Shown here piece after piece: positions 17,761 to 26,599 of a DNA stretch of 64,000 nucleotides. How positions within the stretch are numbered: the first letter of the stretch is position 1; each line of letters opens with the position of its first letter. The notes under the pieces were generated by a model. That model was given only the letters and a program-made list of their open reading frames with translations. It did not search any database and was not told where the DNA came from. Both the position numbers and the translations under genes were made by a program. Origin of the DNA: a virus; the IMG/VR virus record IMGVR_UViG_3300030108_003091, positions 7,562 through 71,561 of that record; one strand, 5' to 3'.

Positions 17761-18270
17761 GGATACATGGCATGTATAAGTCTTGTCTCGTCAAGAGTTA
17801 GGGTGTTACACCTTGGGTGTACCAGCGTAAGTACCTGTTATCGTTGGGTTTTTGGGTCATTTGCCGACACCCTGTTACACCCTGTTACACCCTGGGTGTC
17901 CCACCATATGCCAGGTTAAACCTGCTATACCTCCGAGTGTTACACCTTGAGGGGTACAGGGTATACATAGAACCTGTGAACAGCTTCGTTTCTTGATGTT
18001 TTGTATCGAAGCTGTGCGTAACTTCCAGACTTCTATGTCCAAATGAAAATAGGTGTAACAGGTGTAACACTTTTAAATAAGTGAGGTTAAACCTACATAG
18101 TTATGTTACACTTTGGGTGTAACAAAGGTGTACCAAAGGTGTAACGGTCTGAACTTATACATGGCAAGTATAATAAAATAACAAGCGTTATGAAAAGATA
18201 CATGGCATGTATCCGTAAACCTGTGACATTTTGTCAATCCGTCAATCCGCCGTGACAATCTGTCAATCCT
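17761..18270. repeat. Iteron cluster, candidate replication origin
   Basis: TGTTACAC at 17804, 17873, 17883, 17938, 18104; inverted GTGTAACA at 18053, 18062, 18117; AGGTTAAACCT at 17913 and 18084; ATACATGGCA(T/A)GTAT at 17763, 18157, 18198; GTCAATCC x3 at 18233-18269. Confidence 0.7.
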
Positions 18271-18422
18271 ACGTGGCTTATAACTTAGCTGAACTTATGT
18301 TCAGTGGTTGTTCTCTGATTGTCTTACTCTCTGGAAGTTACGGTTAGCTTTCACTTGGTAGGGTCCGCACATGGGGCCCCTTTCATTCCCGCTCACGGCC
18401 GCTCAACCTGCCGGCCGGCCGG

Positions 18423-18517
18423 ACGCGCGCACGTACGCACACGCACGCACGCACGCACGCACGGGCACGCGCACACGTGCGCACACGCACACGCGTACAC
18501 GCGCACACACGCGCGCG
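18423..18517. repeat. 95-bp alternating purine-pyrimidine tract (Z-DNA-prone)
   Basis: CG/CA/TG alternation with a single break at 18464. Confidence 0.85.
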
Positions 18518-18537
18518 AGATTATAAGGTGGCGCCGG

Positions 18538-18762
18538 TTAGTCGTAGTGCGGCTCCCACCCGTCGCAATCCTCGGACCCGTAGAACCTGCCCGTGCTGTC
18601 CATGCCAAGCCAAGCGTAGTCGTCGACTTGACTATCAATCCAGTCGAACAGCGTTGAAAGGCTGGCCCATGTTCGTCTGACTTTACCGATTTTGGCGTCG
18701 TTCCTTTTCGCGAGTTCATGCGTGATGGTGTTGAATGCGTAGAACCGTTTTCTGGTTTTCAT
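18538..18762 (-). CDS. Hypothetical protein, 74 aa
   Basis: GGAGG RBS before the ATG. Confidence 0.6.
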   Translation of the reverse strand: MKTRKRFYAFNTITHELAKRNDAKIGKVRRTWASLSTLFDWIDSQVDDYAWLGMDSTGRFYGSEDCDGWEPHYD

Positions 18763-18870
18763 TTTTGCCTCCTGCTACCCAATACAACGGGGGGTCTATT
18801 TTTCTCGGACATGGCCTCGACTGGCTGTGAGTCGAGCGCGGAAAAAAAATAACTTTCCAACCTTTACCCC

Positions 18871-18900
18871 TTGACACCCTGGTATATGTTCTGATACGCT
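18871..18900 (+). promoter_or_regulatory. sigma70-like promoter
   Basis: TTGACA-18 nt-TACGCT, preceded by an A-rich UP-like tract. Confidence 0.55.
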
Positions 18901-18950
18901 TGGGAGGCCGTGCATTCTGTACGGTTAAAACCAACAATAGGAAGTCTGAT

Positions 18951-19148
18951 ATGTTCGATAGATTCGATGAGAACGAAACCACACGCTGCGTTTGCGGCGA
19001 AGAAATGGACGGCGACGTCTACACGTTCGACGGTGAGGCTATTTGCCTCGGATGCTTCGAGGAAGCGGTACATTTTGCATGTATCGCTGCAGTCGCCGCA
19101 GCATCCGAGACAACGCGCCAGGAAGCCATCGCGGGAGGTGTGGCATGA
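18951..19148 (+). CDS. Small zinc-finger protein
   Basis: CVC...CLGC; AGGA RBS. Confidence 0.6.
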   Translation: MFDRFDENETTRCVCGEEMDGDVYTFDGEAICLGCFEEAVHFACIAAVAAASETTRQEAIAGGVA

Positions 19149-19207
19149 GCCCGACCAACCCACAACCAACCAACCAATCAACCAATAACCCGCAAGAGGG
19201 AAAGACA

Positions 19208-20860
19208 ATGGAAGCAAAAAAGCAATTTAACTTAGTCGATAAGCACGGAATACTCGCGACGGGCGACTTTGAGCAAGTGGGCCGAGCCTGGATGAAGTTA
19301 GGTGGTCCAGAGTCAGAATATCGAATGGTACCCGTCGACGAAGACGAGCCAAAGCCAGAGCCCGAGCCCGAGCCCGAATATCCAGCTAACTGGCGAACAG
19401 TCAACGTCGGACCAACCGACGACGACCCCACCAAACCGTCCCAAGTGACAAGTCGCGGCAGTTTCGTTTGCGATAATAGCTTGACGCTCGAGGAAGATAC
19501 CGACGACGACCCCACCGAAGAAGTGCAGACGAGCGACCCGGTGACGGTCACACCATCGGTTACGGTCGGACAGCGTAACCCGGTGACAGTCGACCGTAGC
19601 CCGGTGATAGTCGACACCCGTACCCGAGCAGAGCAGACCGCCGATGCAGAAGCCGACACCGCACAATGGGAGAAAATGGGCCTAACGGGTCCACGGTTAT
19701 GGCAGGTCGCAGGGACGCAGATGGGAGCGGGAGCCGTGGCAAAGTGGAACCGTGAACGCCGCGACCTGGCCAACCTTCCACGGTTGACCGATGCCGCTGC
19801 AGAGATACGGTCCAAGGTCAAGGCAGAACGCCGCGAAGACCTGACCGTAGATGAACCGCACAAACTACGTCTCGAGAACGACGGCGGGGTATTAGTCCTG
19901 CATCATCCAGACTGGCAGACCAGAGACGCGATGCGCCTGGAGCCCGTTGGAATGCGTGCTTTTCTGTCCAACTATGGACGGAGCACGGCTAAAGGTACCA
20001 GCCCTATCCTACCTCCCATGAGTTTTCTGCAATCGTGTACTCCTGATGAGGTTGTAAAGCTATGGAACAGTCGAGCCCCGCGTATTATGGCTGGACCGTC
20101 CCGCATATTGCGTACCCGTATAGCCCCTGATGGCTATTACCGCTCCGTGTTCGCTGTAGTCTCGGAGCAGTACGCAGCGGTCGATATTGACCAGACTGTC
20201 CAGATGTTAGCCGATACCATCGGCCCCGATGCGACGGCCGAACTTGCGTACAATGCGACGGATACCGTTTTGCACTACGAGGTTGCCAGCATGCGGGACC
20301 AACCGCCCACCGTTGGCGAGTTCTGGAAAGTCGGGTTTAAAGGCAGCACGGGAGACGCTGCGAACAAGCCATCGAGAGGTGGCGGGTTCGCTGTTCGTGT
20401 TGAGTGTATGAACGGTATTCTGATGTCGGCAGATATTGACCCGTTCAACCAGCGCCACCGAGGTAGCCGTCAAGAGGTGGCCGACAAAATCCGCGAAGCT
20501 ATCCGCGAGTCGTGGGAAAACCTTCAGCCAGTGTGGGCCGGGTTCTCTAACCGTTGGGAAGTCATGGCGGACACTGCCGCTGTGGACGTATTCGGAGGGG
20601 TTGACGTGGCGGACGCAATCGCCGCCATGGTCGCCAAGACCACCGAGGGCAAGGCGCTTGTCAAAGCGTCCGAGGTTGAACGGGATGCACTGGTTCAAAT
20701 GCTCCTGCACACCCATAGCGCAGAGCCGGGGGAAACCGTGGCCGACGTGGTCAACGCTGTTACCAGGCTGCATGAGTCGAAGCTACCCGTGGCACGCGTC
20801 GCAGCCGTGGAAGCGGTAGCGGGTCGCATGGTCGAGGCATGGTCTGGAGGTATCGCATGA
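19208..20860 (+). CDS. DUF932-like protein with a long acidic, Pro-rich N-terminal extension
   Basis: R.VFAVVSEQY..VD and R..C.NG....RH.G motifs typical of DUF932/DUF945; PEPEPE and TDDDP repeats in the N-terminus. Confidence 0.65.
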   Translation: MEAKKQFNLVDKHGILATGDFEQVGRAWMKLGGPESEYRMVPVDEDEPKPEPEPEPEYPANWRTVNVGPTDDDPTKPSQVTSRGSFVCDNSLTLEEDTDDDPTEEVQTSDPVTVTPSVTVGQRNPVTVDRSPVIVDTRTRAEQTADAEADTAQWEKMGLTGPRLWQVAGTQMGAGAVAKWNRERRDLANLPRLTDAAAEIRSKVKAERREDLTVDEPHKLRLENDGGVLVLHHPDWQTRDAMRLEPVGMRAFLSNYGRSTAKGTSPILPPMSFLQSCTPDEVVKLWNSRAPRIMAGPSRILRTRIAPDGYYRSVFAVVSEQYAAVDIDQTVQMLADTIGPDATAELAYNATDTVLHYEVASMRDQPPTVGEFWKVGFKGSTGDAANKPSRGGGFAVRVECMNGILMSADIDPFNQRHRGSRQEVADKIREAIRESWENLQPVWAGFSNRWEVMADTAAVDVFGGVDVADAIAAMVAKTTEGKALVKASEVERDALVQMLLHTHSAEPGETVADVVNAVTRLHESKLPVARVAAVEAVAGRMVEAWSGGIA

Positions 20861-20973
20861 TAGAGCCTGCAGACGCGTTTTTCGGGTTCGTGGTCCTCTG
20901 TCACGTTGGCTGCATGGTCCTATTGGGTCACCTTGTCTGCGATACGTGGGAGTATTTGAACCGCCCACGATAG
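20857..20973 (+). CDS. Small hydrophobic peptide, 38 aa, below the ORF track cutoff
   Basis: GGAGG RBS and ATGA overlap; MIEPADAFFGFVVLCHVGCMVLLGHLVCDTWEYLNRPR; followed by a terminator. Confidence 0.45.
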   Translation: MIEPADAFFGFVVLCHVGCMVLLGHLVCDTWEYLNRPR

Positions 20974-20993
20974 CGAACACCGCACCATCACAA

Positions 20994-21026
20994 GCCCGTC
21001 ACGGTTGAGCCGTGGCGGGTTTTTTT
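20994..21026 (+). terminator. Rho-independent terminator
   Basis: GCCCGTCACGG-TTGAG-CCGTGGCGGGT followed by a T run. Confidence 0.85.
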
Positions 21027-21514
21027 ATGTCGCCTGGTAGCTTTTCACCTGATGAGAATAGCGGCCTAACAGGGCGCGTTCGCAGTCAGGTAAACCCCGT
21101 TAGGACCGAACCACGCAAGCCGGGGAAAGGCCTACAGTTCCGTAGAGCGTAAACACTAACTTAGATGCTTCGCTCTACCTCAAGCCCGCGCGCGCAGCCG
21201 TACCCGCGCCCACGTCGCGTATGTATAGTGCCGAACGTTTGTTCAGTGCCGACTGAACTACCGCCGCGAATCAATCGACCCACCGCCGCGAGAGGTAGCC
21301 CTACCAGAACAACGAAACCCGCCACGCGTAACGGTGAGAAGGCTACGCGTGACCGTGTGAGGGCAAGACGTCGAGCCGTCAGACCACCCCCCCTACACCC
21401 CGCCAAGCCGCCAAGGGGGTCCCTTGCCGGGGGGACCTTTCCTTTTCCAAAAATATTTTCAAAACACCTTGCCACGTTGGTATGGTATGGTTACCTGGAA
21501 CACAGGAGGGCAGA

Positions 21515-22147
21515 ATGGCTGCAACAAAAAAGACAACCAAGAAGACAACGACCAAGGCTCCATCGAAACCACGGCGTTCGCGTGTAGGGATTACCCTGGA
21601 ACCAAGGGAACTATCACGGATTGATGCGCTGATTGATACAGTGAGTCACAGCGAAGCTGCCAGAGAGTTTGGCGTAGAGGTAGATCGGAGCCTGGTACTG
21701 CGGATTGCAGTGATTCGGGGCCTGCAGGTCATGGAAGCCGGGGCTGCGAGCCCACGGTCGGTCATTACAGACCAGTTAGTGAATAAACCAGAACCCAAAA
21801 AGGTAAAGAAAAAGGCTGCAGTGGAGCCCCAAGACGACGAACCGGAGCCTGAGAAGGACGAAAACGGGAATGTGAAGCCGCCTGAAGGGTGGAATGAGTG
21901 GATTTCGGGTGAGCGTATCCCCGAATCGCACGAAGGCGTCCATGAATACTACACAAAGAACGGTTGGAAACGGTTTTGGGGTAAGGCAGGCGACGAAACC
22001 ATCGTGTTTTACTGGACGGGTGACCCGCGATTGCAGGGATTGGCGCTATATGATGGCGAAGGACCGGACAAATCGCCTGTTTTAGAGCAAAAAGTAGGGC
22101 CGTACGGGACCGGGCACCTTATTCCTCACTCATGGAGCGCAAGATAG
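21515..22147 (+). CDS. Putative DNA-binding regulator with ribbon-helix-helix-like N-terminus
   Basis: Basic tail, then RVGITL...ELSRID...RSLVLR.A..RGL; AGGAGG RBS. Confidence 0.55.
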   Translation: MAATKKTTKKTTTKAPSKPRRSRVGITLEPRELSRIDALIDTVSHSEAAREFGVEVDRSLVLRIAVIRGLQVMEAGAASPRSVITDQLVNKPEPKKVKKKAAVEPQDDEPEPEKDENGNVKPPEGWNEWISGERIPESHEGVHEYYTKNGWKRFWGKAGDETIVFYWTGDPRLQGLALYDGEGPDKSPVLEQKVGPYGTGHLIPHSWSAR

Positions 22148-22532
22148 CCGCCAAATCAGGGGTCATTTGCGGTTTGTAGGACGAATCTACGCCGATTGAC
22201 TCTTGTAGTAGGGCACAACTGCGGATCATGAAGGCATAGAAGTCAAACCACGGCACATCTACGGGTTTCATGCTGTTTAGAGTTGGACAATCCACTTCTG
22301 CGCGGGTCTCATACACGGAACAGAGGTAGATTGGCCGACCATCCGGCGATTCTGCGTCAACAAGGTAGGCACACCGCCCTGTTTCGTCGTATGGCAGCGT
22401 AGTTTCTACTGTGTGCATGACTTTGCAGCACGCACCGCACTGAGTACACGGATATGTCGGCTCTACCACGTTTGTATTTTCTTGCTCGCGCACAAGTCTC
22501 TCCTGGCCGCGCCTCTTGACAGGGTATTCCAC
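22119..22532 (-). CDS. YkgJ-family cysteine-cluster protein
   Basis: CTQCGACC, then C..L, CSVYETR...C. Confidence 0.75.
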   Translation of the reverse strand: MEYPVKRRGQERLVREQENTNVVEPTYPCTQCGACCKVMHTVETTLPYDETGRCAYLVDAESPDGRPIYLCSVYETRAEVDCPTLNSMKPVDVPWFDFYAFMIRSCALLQESIGVDSSYKPQMTPDLAAILRSMSEE

Positions 22533-22543
22533 GGTGTTATAGT
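22516..22543 (+). promoter_or_regulatory. sigma70-like promoter
   Basis: TTGACA-16 nt-TATAGT with an extended -10 TG. Confidence 0.55.
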
Positions 22544-22559
22544 TGTCAACGGAGTAATC

Positions 22560-22766
22560 ATGCCACTATACGTTTACAAATGCGAAGTATGCGAAAACAA
22601 AGTAGAGATCCTGCAGGCATTCGGTGATCCGAGCCCGCATTGTAGTGTATGTGCTCTGGATCGCGGTACATCGACCCCGATGAAAAAACAAGTGGCCCTA
22701 ACCAGCTTTACGTTGAAGGGTGGTGGTTGGGCCAAAGACAACTATGGGCTAAAGAATGATAAGTAA
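22560..22766 (+). CDS. FmdB-family zinc-ribbon protein
   Basis: MPLYVYKCEVC...CSVC...F.LKGGGW..D.Y. Confidence 0.85.
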   Translation: MPLYVYKCEVCENKVEILQAFGDPSPHCSVCALDRGTSTPMKKQVALTSFTLKGGGWAKDNYGLKNDK

Positions 22767-23043
22767 GATGTTTTTGCTTTTGCTTTTGTGTATGAGTCAA
22801 CCAGCCGCTGCGACAAAGTCTGTTGAGGGCCAAGTGACTGCGCAACTAAGTGATAGTTTGTGGGTTCTACAGTACGAGAACAAACGATACGCGTGTAAGA
22901 CTACGCACTTATGCAAAGACTTTAGAGTCGACATGCGTTTCATTCCGTTGTTCAAGTTTACGCGGGAGAAAGAGTTGCTTGACTACGTAACGGTGGAGCA
23001 TAGGTGGCACGATTGTGTAGTGAATAGTTGTCAGGTGTACTGA
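22756..23043 (+). CDS. Hypothetical exported protein
   Basis: Signal peptide-like N-terminus MISKMFLLLLLCMSQPAAA. Confidence 0.55.
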   Translation: MISKMFLLLLLCMSQPAAATKSVEGQVTAQLSDSLWVLQYENKRYACKTTHLCKDFRVDMRFIPLFKFTREKELLDYVTVEHRWHDCVVNSCQVY

Positions 23044-23537
23044 TGCCTGATCATTCATTAGACGACATAGTTCACTCTATACAATCGGCAGTTATCGCGG
23101 CGACTGATATTGCGGAGCGTCACGAACTCGATTCGATAATGAACCAAGAGTTTTGGGAACTCAAGGTTGATGAGGATGGGAACCCAATCAAGGGTGACAA
23201 TGGAATGGAGGTGTACGCACCAAAGATGGTCAACATGGAGATACCCATGTGGGAAGACGGCACGTTGGTTAAGAGGCAGGTGCCCGTACCATTGCAGTCG
23301 CTGACTACCGGACAAAGTTTGCGTGTAGATACGCTTGAAGTTGAAATGTCTGTTGAGATTTCAGGTCTGACCGCAGATAAGAAAAAAGGAAAACTCATGG
23401 TTCGACCATGCGCGAATACACCGTCGTGGTTTAAAAAAGAAAGCAATGCTGCTAAACTAAAGCTGATCTTCAGGGGCAGTGAGCCGCCAGAAGGTTATGC
23501 AAGAATCGACGATCAACTTATCAAACTGCTTCCGTAG
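23043..23537 (+). CDS. DUF2589-family protein
   Basis: L.DI...IQ.AV..A, VPL.SL, C-terminal F...EPPEG.ARI.D. Confidence 0.75.
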   Translation: MPDHSLDDIVHSIQSAVIAATDIAERHELDSIMNQEFWELKVDEDGNPIKGDNGMEVYAPKMVNMEIPMWEDGTLVKRQVPVPLQSLTTGQSLRVDTLEVEMSVEISGLTADKKKGKLMVRPCANTPSWFKKESNAAKLKLIFRGSEPPEGYARIDDQLIKLLP

Positions 23538-23546
23538 GAGAGCATC

Positions 23547-24155
23547 ATGGCAGATTCCGGCCTCGTAAAAATGTCAGACCAGTTTGGTGGTCTACCAATG
23601 GAACAACTTATTGGTGGTCCGCTCAAAGCAGCCTGTAACGCACAAACCCTTCTGGCTAAGGCGTCGAGCGACTTCATCAAAGATGTCGGACTCGATGACG
23701 ATGGCAAGGGCAACATGGCTGCACGGACTGTGGACTTTTCGTTCAACAAGCCTGTACAGGATGCTGCCGGTAACACGACGATGGAAAAGGTGGACCTTCA
23801 GGTTCCACTGCTCGCCATCATCAATACACCAAGCTTGTCAGTCAAGGAAGCTGAAGTGCGCTTCACCATGGAAGTAAAGTCTTCTACGTCAAGCAAGCAA
23901 ACTTCTGATAGCAAGGCTGACCTTACAGCTAAGGCTAAGTACAATGCCGGCCTGTTCTCCTGTGAAGTGACCGTTCATGGTTCTGTAGCGAATCACAGCG
24001 AGAACACCCGTAGCAGCGACAACAGCGCCAAGTATGATGTTAAAGTAGTCGCACGTGACGATGGACCTCCAGAGGGCTTGAGCCGCGTTCTGGATATGTT
24101 TAATGATGCTATTGCACCTACTCAGGGTGCAGCACAACCTAAAAAAGTAGGATAA
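23547..24155 (+). CDS. DUF2589-family protein
   Basis: FGGLPMEQLIGGPL.AAC.AQ, VPLLAI..P.L, F.MEVKSS, PEGLSRVLD. Confidence 0.85.
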   Translation: MADSGLVKMSDQFGGLPMEQLIGGPLKAACNAQTLLAKASSDFIKDVGLDDDGKGNMAARTVDFSFNKPVQDAAGNTTMEKVDLQVPLLAIINTPSLSVKEAEVRFTMEVKSSTSSKQTSDSKADLTAKAKYNAGLFSCEVTVHGSVANHSENTRSSDNSAKYDVKVVARDDGPPEGLSRVLDMFNDAIAPTQGAAQPKKVG

Positions 24156-24159
24156 TAAG

Positions 24160-24756
24160 ATGGCCGACAAAGACATGAACCCTGCGGGTGAAATGCGTGA
24201 TCCTGACGAAATGATTCGTCAAATGAAGACCAAAGCTAGGGAAGAGAAACAAAAAGAGCAAGAGATGCTCAACTCCTTTAACCAGGCACCAATGCCGACA
24301 CGCGGGGCACAACCTGGGGAACCAGGATCGGGAATGTCTGAATCGATTCCGCGCATCGGCGCACCAGGAACGGGGTTTGATGATCCGATTACAAGCGCAA
24401 GTATGAAGCTGGCAAGTGGTATCTACGAAGGCGCGGGCGGGTACGAATATGAGGTCATGCCTGGTGGTGAGATTAAAATCCTTAAAGCACCAAAAGATCG
24501 CGGTGTTGGCGTTACATTAAAGCTTGGGCACCCGGCACATGAGGCCATTTTTGATGAGTTGTCTGAGGGCGGAGCCAAACCAAAAGATATGTCGAGCGAA
24601 CCTGCAGACAAGTCTGATGATGACCGCGATCGCGCAGAAGACTCGAAGTCTCTTTCTGAAATGGTGAAAGACGAAAAAGATGAGTCTAAAATAGCCATGA
24701 GCCCCGAAGCAAAAACGGCTTTTGATCGCGTCAAAGTTTTCAGTGACCTTCAATAG
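24160..24756 (+). CDS. Hypothetical low-complexity protein
   Basis: Directly follows the DUF2589 pair; AGGA RBS. Confidence 0.7.
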   Translation: MADKDMNPAGEMRDPDEMIRQMKTKAREEKQKEQEMLNSFNQAPMPTRGAQPGEPGSGMSESIPRIGAPGTGFDDPITSASMKLASGIYEGAGGYEYEVMPGGEIKILKAPKDRGVGVTLKLGHPAHEAIFDELSEGGAKPKDMSSEPADKSDDDRDRAEDSKSLSEMVKDEKDESKIAMSPEAKTAFDRVKVFSDLQ

Positions 24757-24942
24757 TCAATAACGTCCCGGTTTTCCCCCCACCCATATCGCTCGGTCCC
24801 ACGCTCGGGATCGGAGCATGGGCGATTCCTGCCGGGTGGGGGGAAGACTTTATCTGGTCATTCTTACCGGCCCTTGATACAATCGACATAGCCGGTAAGC
24901 TGAACGTTGTCTTGCATTGTTTTGTTGCCTTTCCGACCGGCT

Positions 24943-24980
24943 ACCGTCCAGTAGTACACCGCACTGCTGGACGGTTTTTT
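24943..24980 (+). terminator. Rho-independent terminator at the convergence point
   Basis: ACCGTCCAGTAG-loop-CTGCTGGACGGT followed by a T run. Confidence 0.7.
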
Positions 24981-24981
24981 C

Positions 24982-25950
24982 TTACGCTTTGTGTAAGTCA
25001 GCGGCCTCTTGCATATACTGACGACGCAGCAAATCCATACGCTCGTCAAAGTTAAGGTCTGTTTGCTCTGTTGTGTTTGCTGCAGGACTTGCGCCCATGT
25101 TCATCATTTCAACAGCTTCAGGTACAGGTTCAGGTGTTGCTGGTTCAGGCTCAGTAACTTCTGGTTCAGGTGCTGGATAGCCCGCGAGAACCATACGCAG
25201 AGCGTCTTCCTTAGGAATGCCGCTAGCAACTTGAACGCACAAAGCGTATAGAGCGTCTTTGTCGTTGTAAACGTGATCTGCCTCTGCTTGAATCCATTGT
25301 TCGAAGTTGTCGACTTCTGCATCAAGTGCTGCTTGCTCTCGTTGCGCCTCAAGTTGCTCTAACTGACGCGACCTTTCTTCTGCCGCTTCTCGCGCAGCAA
25401 TCAACTCGTCGATACTGCTCGCGTGTTCTGTTTGCTGTTTGAGCACTGACTGTTCATGTTCTTTTCGAAGTGCTTCAAGTGCTGCAGTATGGTTCGCACG
25501 AAGCAACTCCAGTTCACGTTGCTTCTCTGCCATCGGGTCAACGTCACCGTGAAGCCACTTCTGCACTCGAAGTTCTGTGTCACGGATTTCTTTTTCTCTG
25601 TTCTCCAGTGCACGCCGTTTCAGTGCGGCCTCTTGAAACGCCTTAGTGTAGCCGCGTTCGTAGTTGCGATACTTTGCGGTCATACCTCTCTGTACAACGT
25701 CTCTTACGGCGTCGTCTAAGTCAGAAAACCACTGCTCTTGCTGGATAGATTCAAGTTCGCCGTTCCAGTCAAGAACTTGAGGCGCCTCTTCAAGCGCATC
25801 AGCCGCAGTCTCTCCAGTGTCAATAGACTCAGAATCAGCAGATACTTCTACGGACTCCGATACGTCTGACGTTTCAACTGACTCCGTTGAGTCAACAGCT
25901 TCGCTGGAAGTTGCCTCGTCAGCAACTTCATTTTCATATTCAAACATCAC
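24982..25950 (-). CDS. Putative capsid scaffolding protein
   Basis: Acidic disordered N-terminus, ERGYTK..QE motif, long coiled coil; downstream of the portal gene. Confidence 0.6.
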   Translation of the reverse strand: MMFEYENEVADEATSSEAVDSTESVETSDVSESVEVSADSESIDTGETAADALEEAPQVLDWNGELESIQQEQWFSDLDDAVRDVVQRGMTAKYRNYERGYTKAFQEAALKRRALENREKEIRDTELRVQKWLHGDVDPMAEKQRELELLRANHTAALEALRKEHEQSVLKQQTEHASSIDELIAAREAAEERSRQLEQLEAQREQAALDAEVDNFEQWIQAEADHVYNDKDALYALCVQVASGIPKEDALRMVLAGYPAPEPEVTEPEPATPEPVPEAVEMMNMGASPAANTTEQTDLNFDERMDLLRRQYMQEAADLHKA

Positions 25951-25977
25951 TTCCCCTGTTGTTTGATTGGTTGTTGT

Positions 25978-26556
25978 TTACTTGTTTTTACGTGCTGCTT
26001 TAGCCGCAGAGTGTACAGCTTTGCCTATGGCACCTGTTCCTGGCGACGACGCGCCTGTCAATGCGCTCAGTGGTGTCATTGCACTAAGAACTTCGCGCAT
26101 CGCACCAGGCTTCATCGAAGACCCACCGTAGCCCATCTTCATTGAGCCACCACCTTCATTCATTGCGTCTGCTTCTGCTTCTGCTTGAGTGTCTTGCGTG
26201 TTTGCGGCAAGCTTTTCGATCTGCATACGCATTTGCATGTCACCCATGAGCATTTCAGCGATTTGCATTGGAGACTTACCCTGTAACTGAGGCATCATTT
26301 GTGCTGCGGCAAAGATTTGAGCCGCGCGTTCAGGAGAAACTTGCAGCATTTCTTGAATGGGTTGCAAGTCAGGCTCTGCCGTATCTTTTGTTTCATCACC
26401 TTCTGGAATGTCTGTAGCGTCAACAGCCGTTGGCCCCAAAGAATCTTGTACGGTAGCGAAAAGATTATCCAGCATTAGCGAGTCCGCTTCGTCAGCCAAA
26501 GCCTTCATATCTCTTTCAGGAATCATTTCTTGTGGTTTTTCGGTCTCTTCGGCCAT
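25978..26556 (-). CDS. Hypothetical Gln/Met-rich protein
   Basis: AAGGAG RBS; lies in the head operon. Confidence 0.7.
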   Translation of the reverse strand: MAEETEKPQEMIPERDMKALADEADSLMLDNLFATVQDSLGPTAVDATDIPEGDETKDTAEPDLQPIQEMLQVSPERAAQIFAAAQMMPQLQGKSPMQIAEMLMGDMQMRMQIEKLAANTQDTQAEAEADAMNEGGGSMKMGYGGSSMKPGAMREVLSAMTPLSALTGASSPGTGAIGKAVHSAAKAARKNK

Positions 26557-26599
26557 GGGGATCTCCTTTGTCTACGTGGTTGTAACATACCACGTAGGA

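Noticed and set aside
17800-18150. CRISPR array
   Set aside because: The repeats are 8-11 bp, in both orientations and irregularly spaced; no cas genes are present.
18319-18719. ORFs 18319..18657, 18393..18719 and 18477..18680
   Set aside because: Their HARTH/CVRAC low-complexity translations come from the alternating purine-pyrimidine tract; they lack an RBS and overlap a better-supported gene.
21045-21130. Hammerhead ribozyme (CTGATGAG followed by a stem)
   Set aside because: The stem does not start directly after CUGAUGA and is followed by GAAC rather than GAAA; stems I and III could not be built.
21161-21587. ORFs 21161..21475 and 21165..21587
   Set aside because: Arg/Pro-rich translations of GC-rich DNA downstream of a terminator, with no RBS.
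24770-24850. tRNA or SRP RNA
   Set aside because: No cloverleaf or TTCGA T-loop and no SRP domain IV motif; kept only as an unclassified hairpin.
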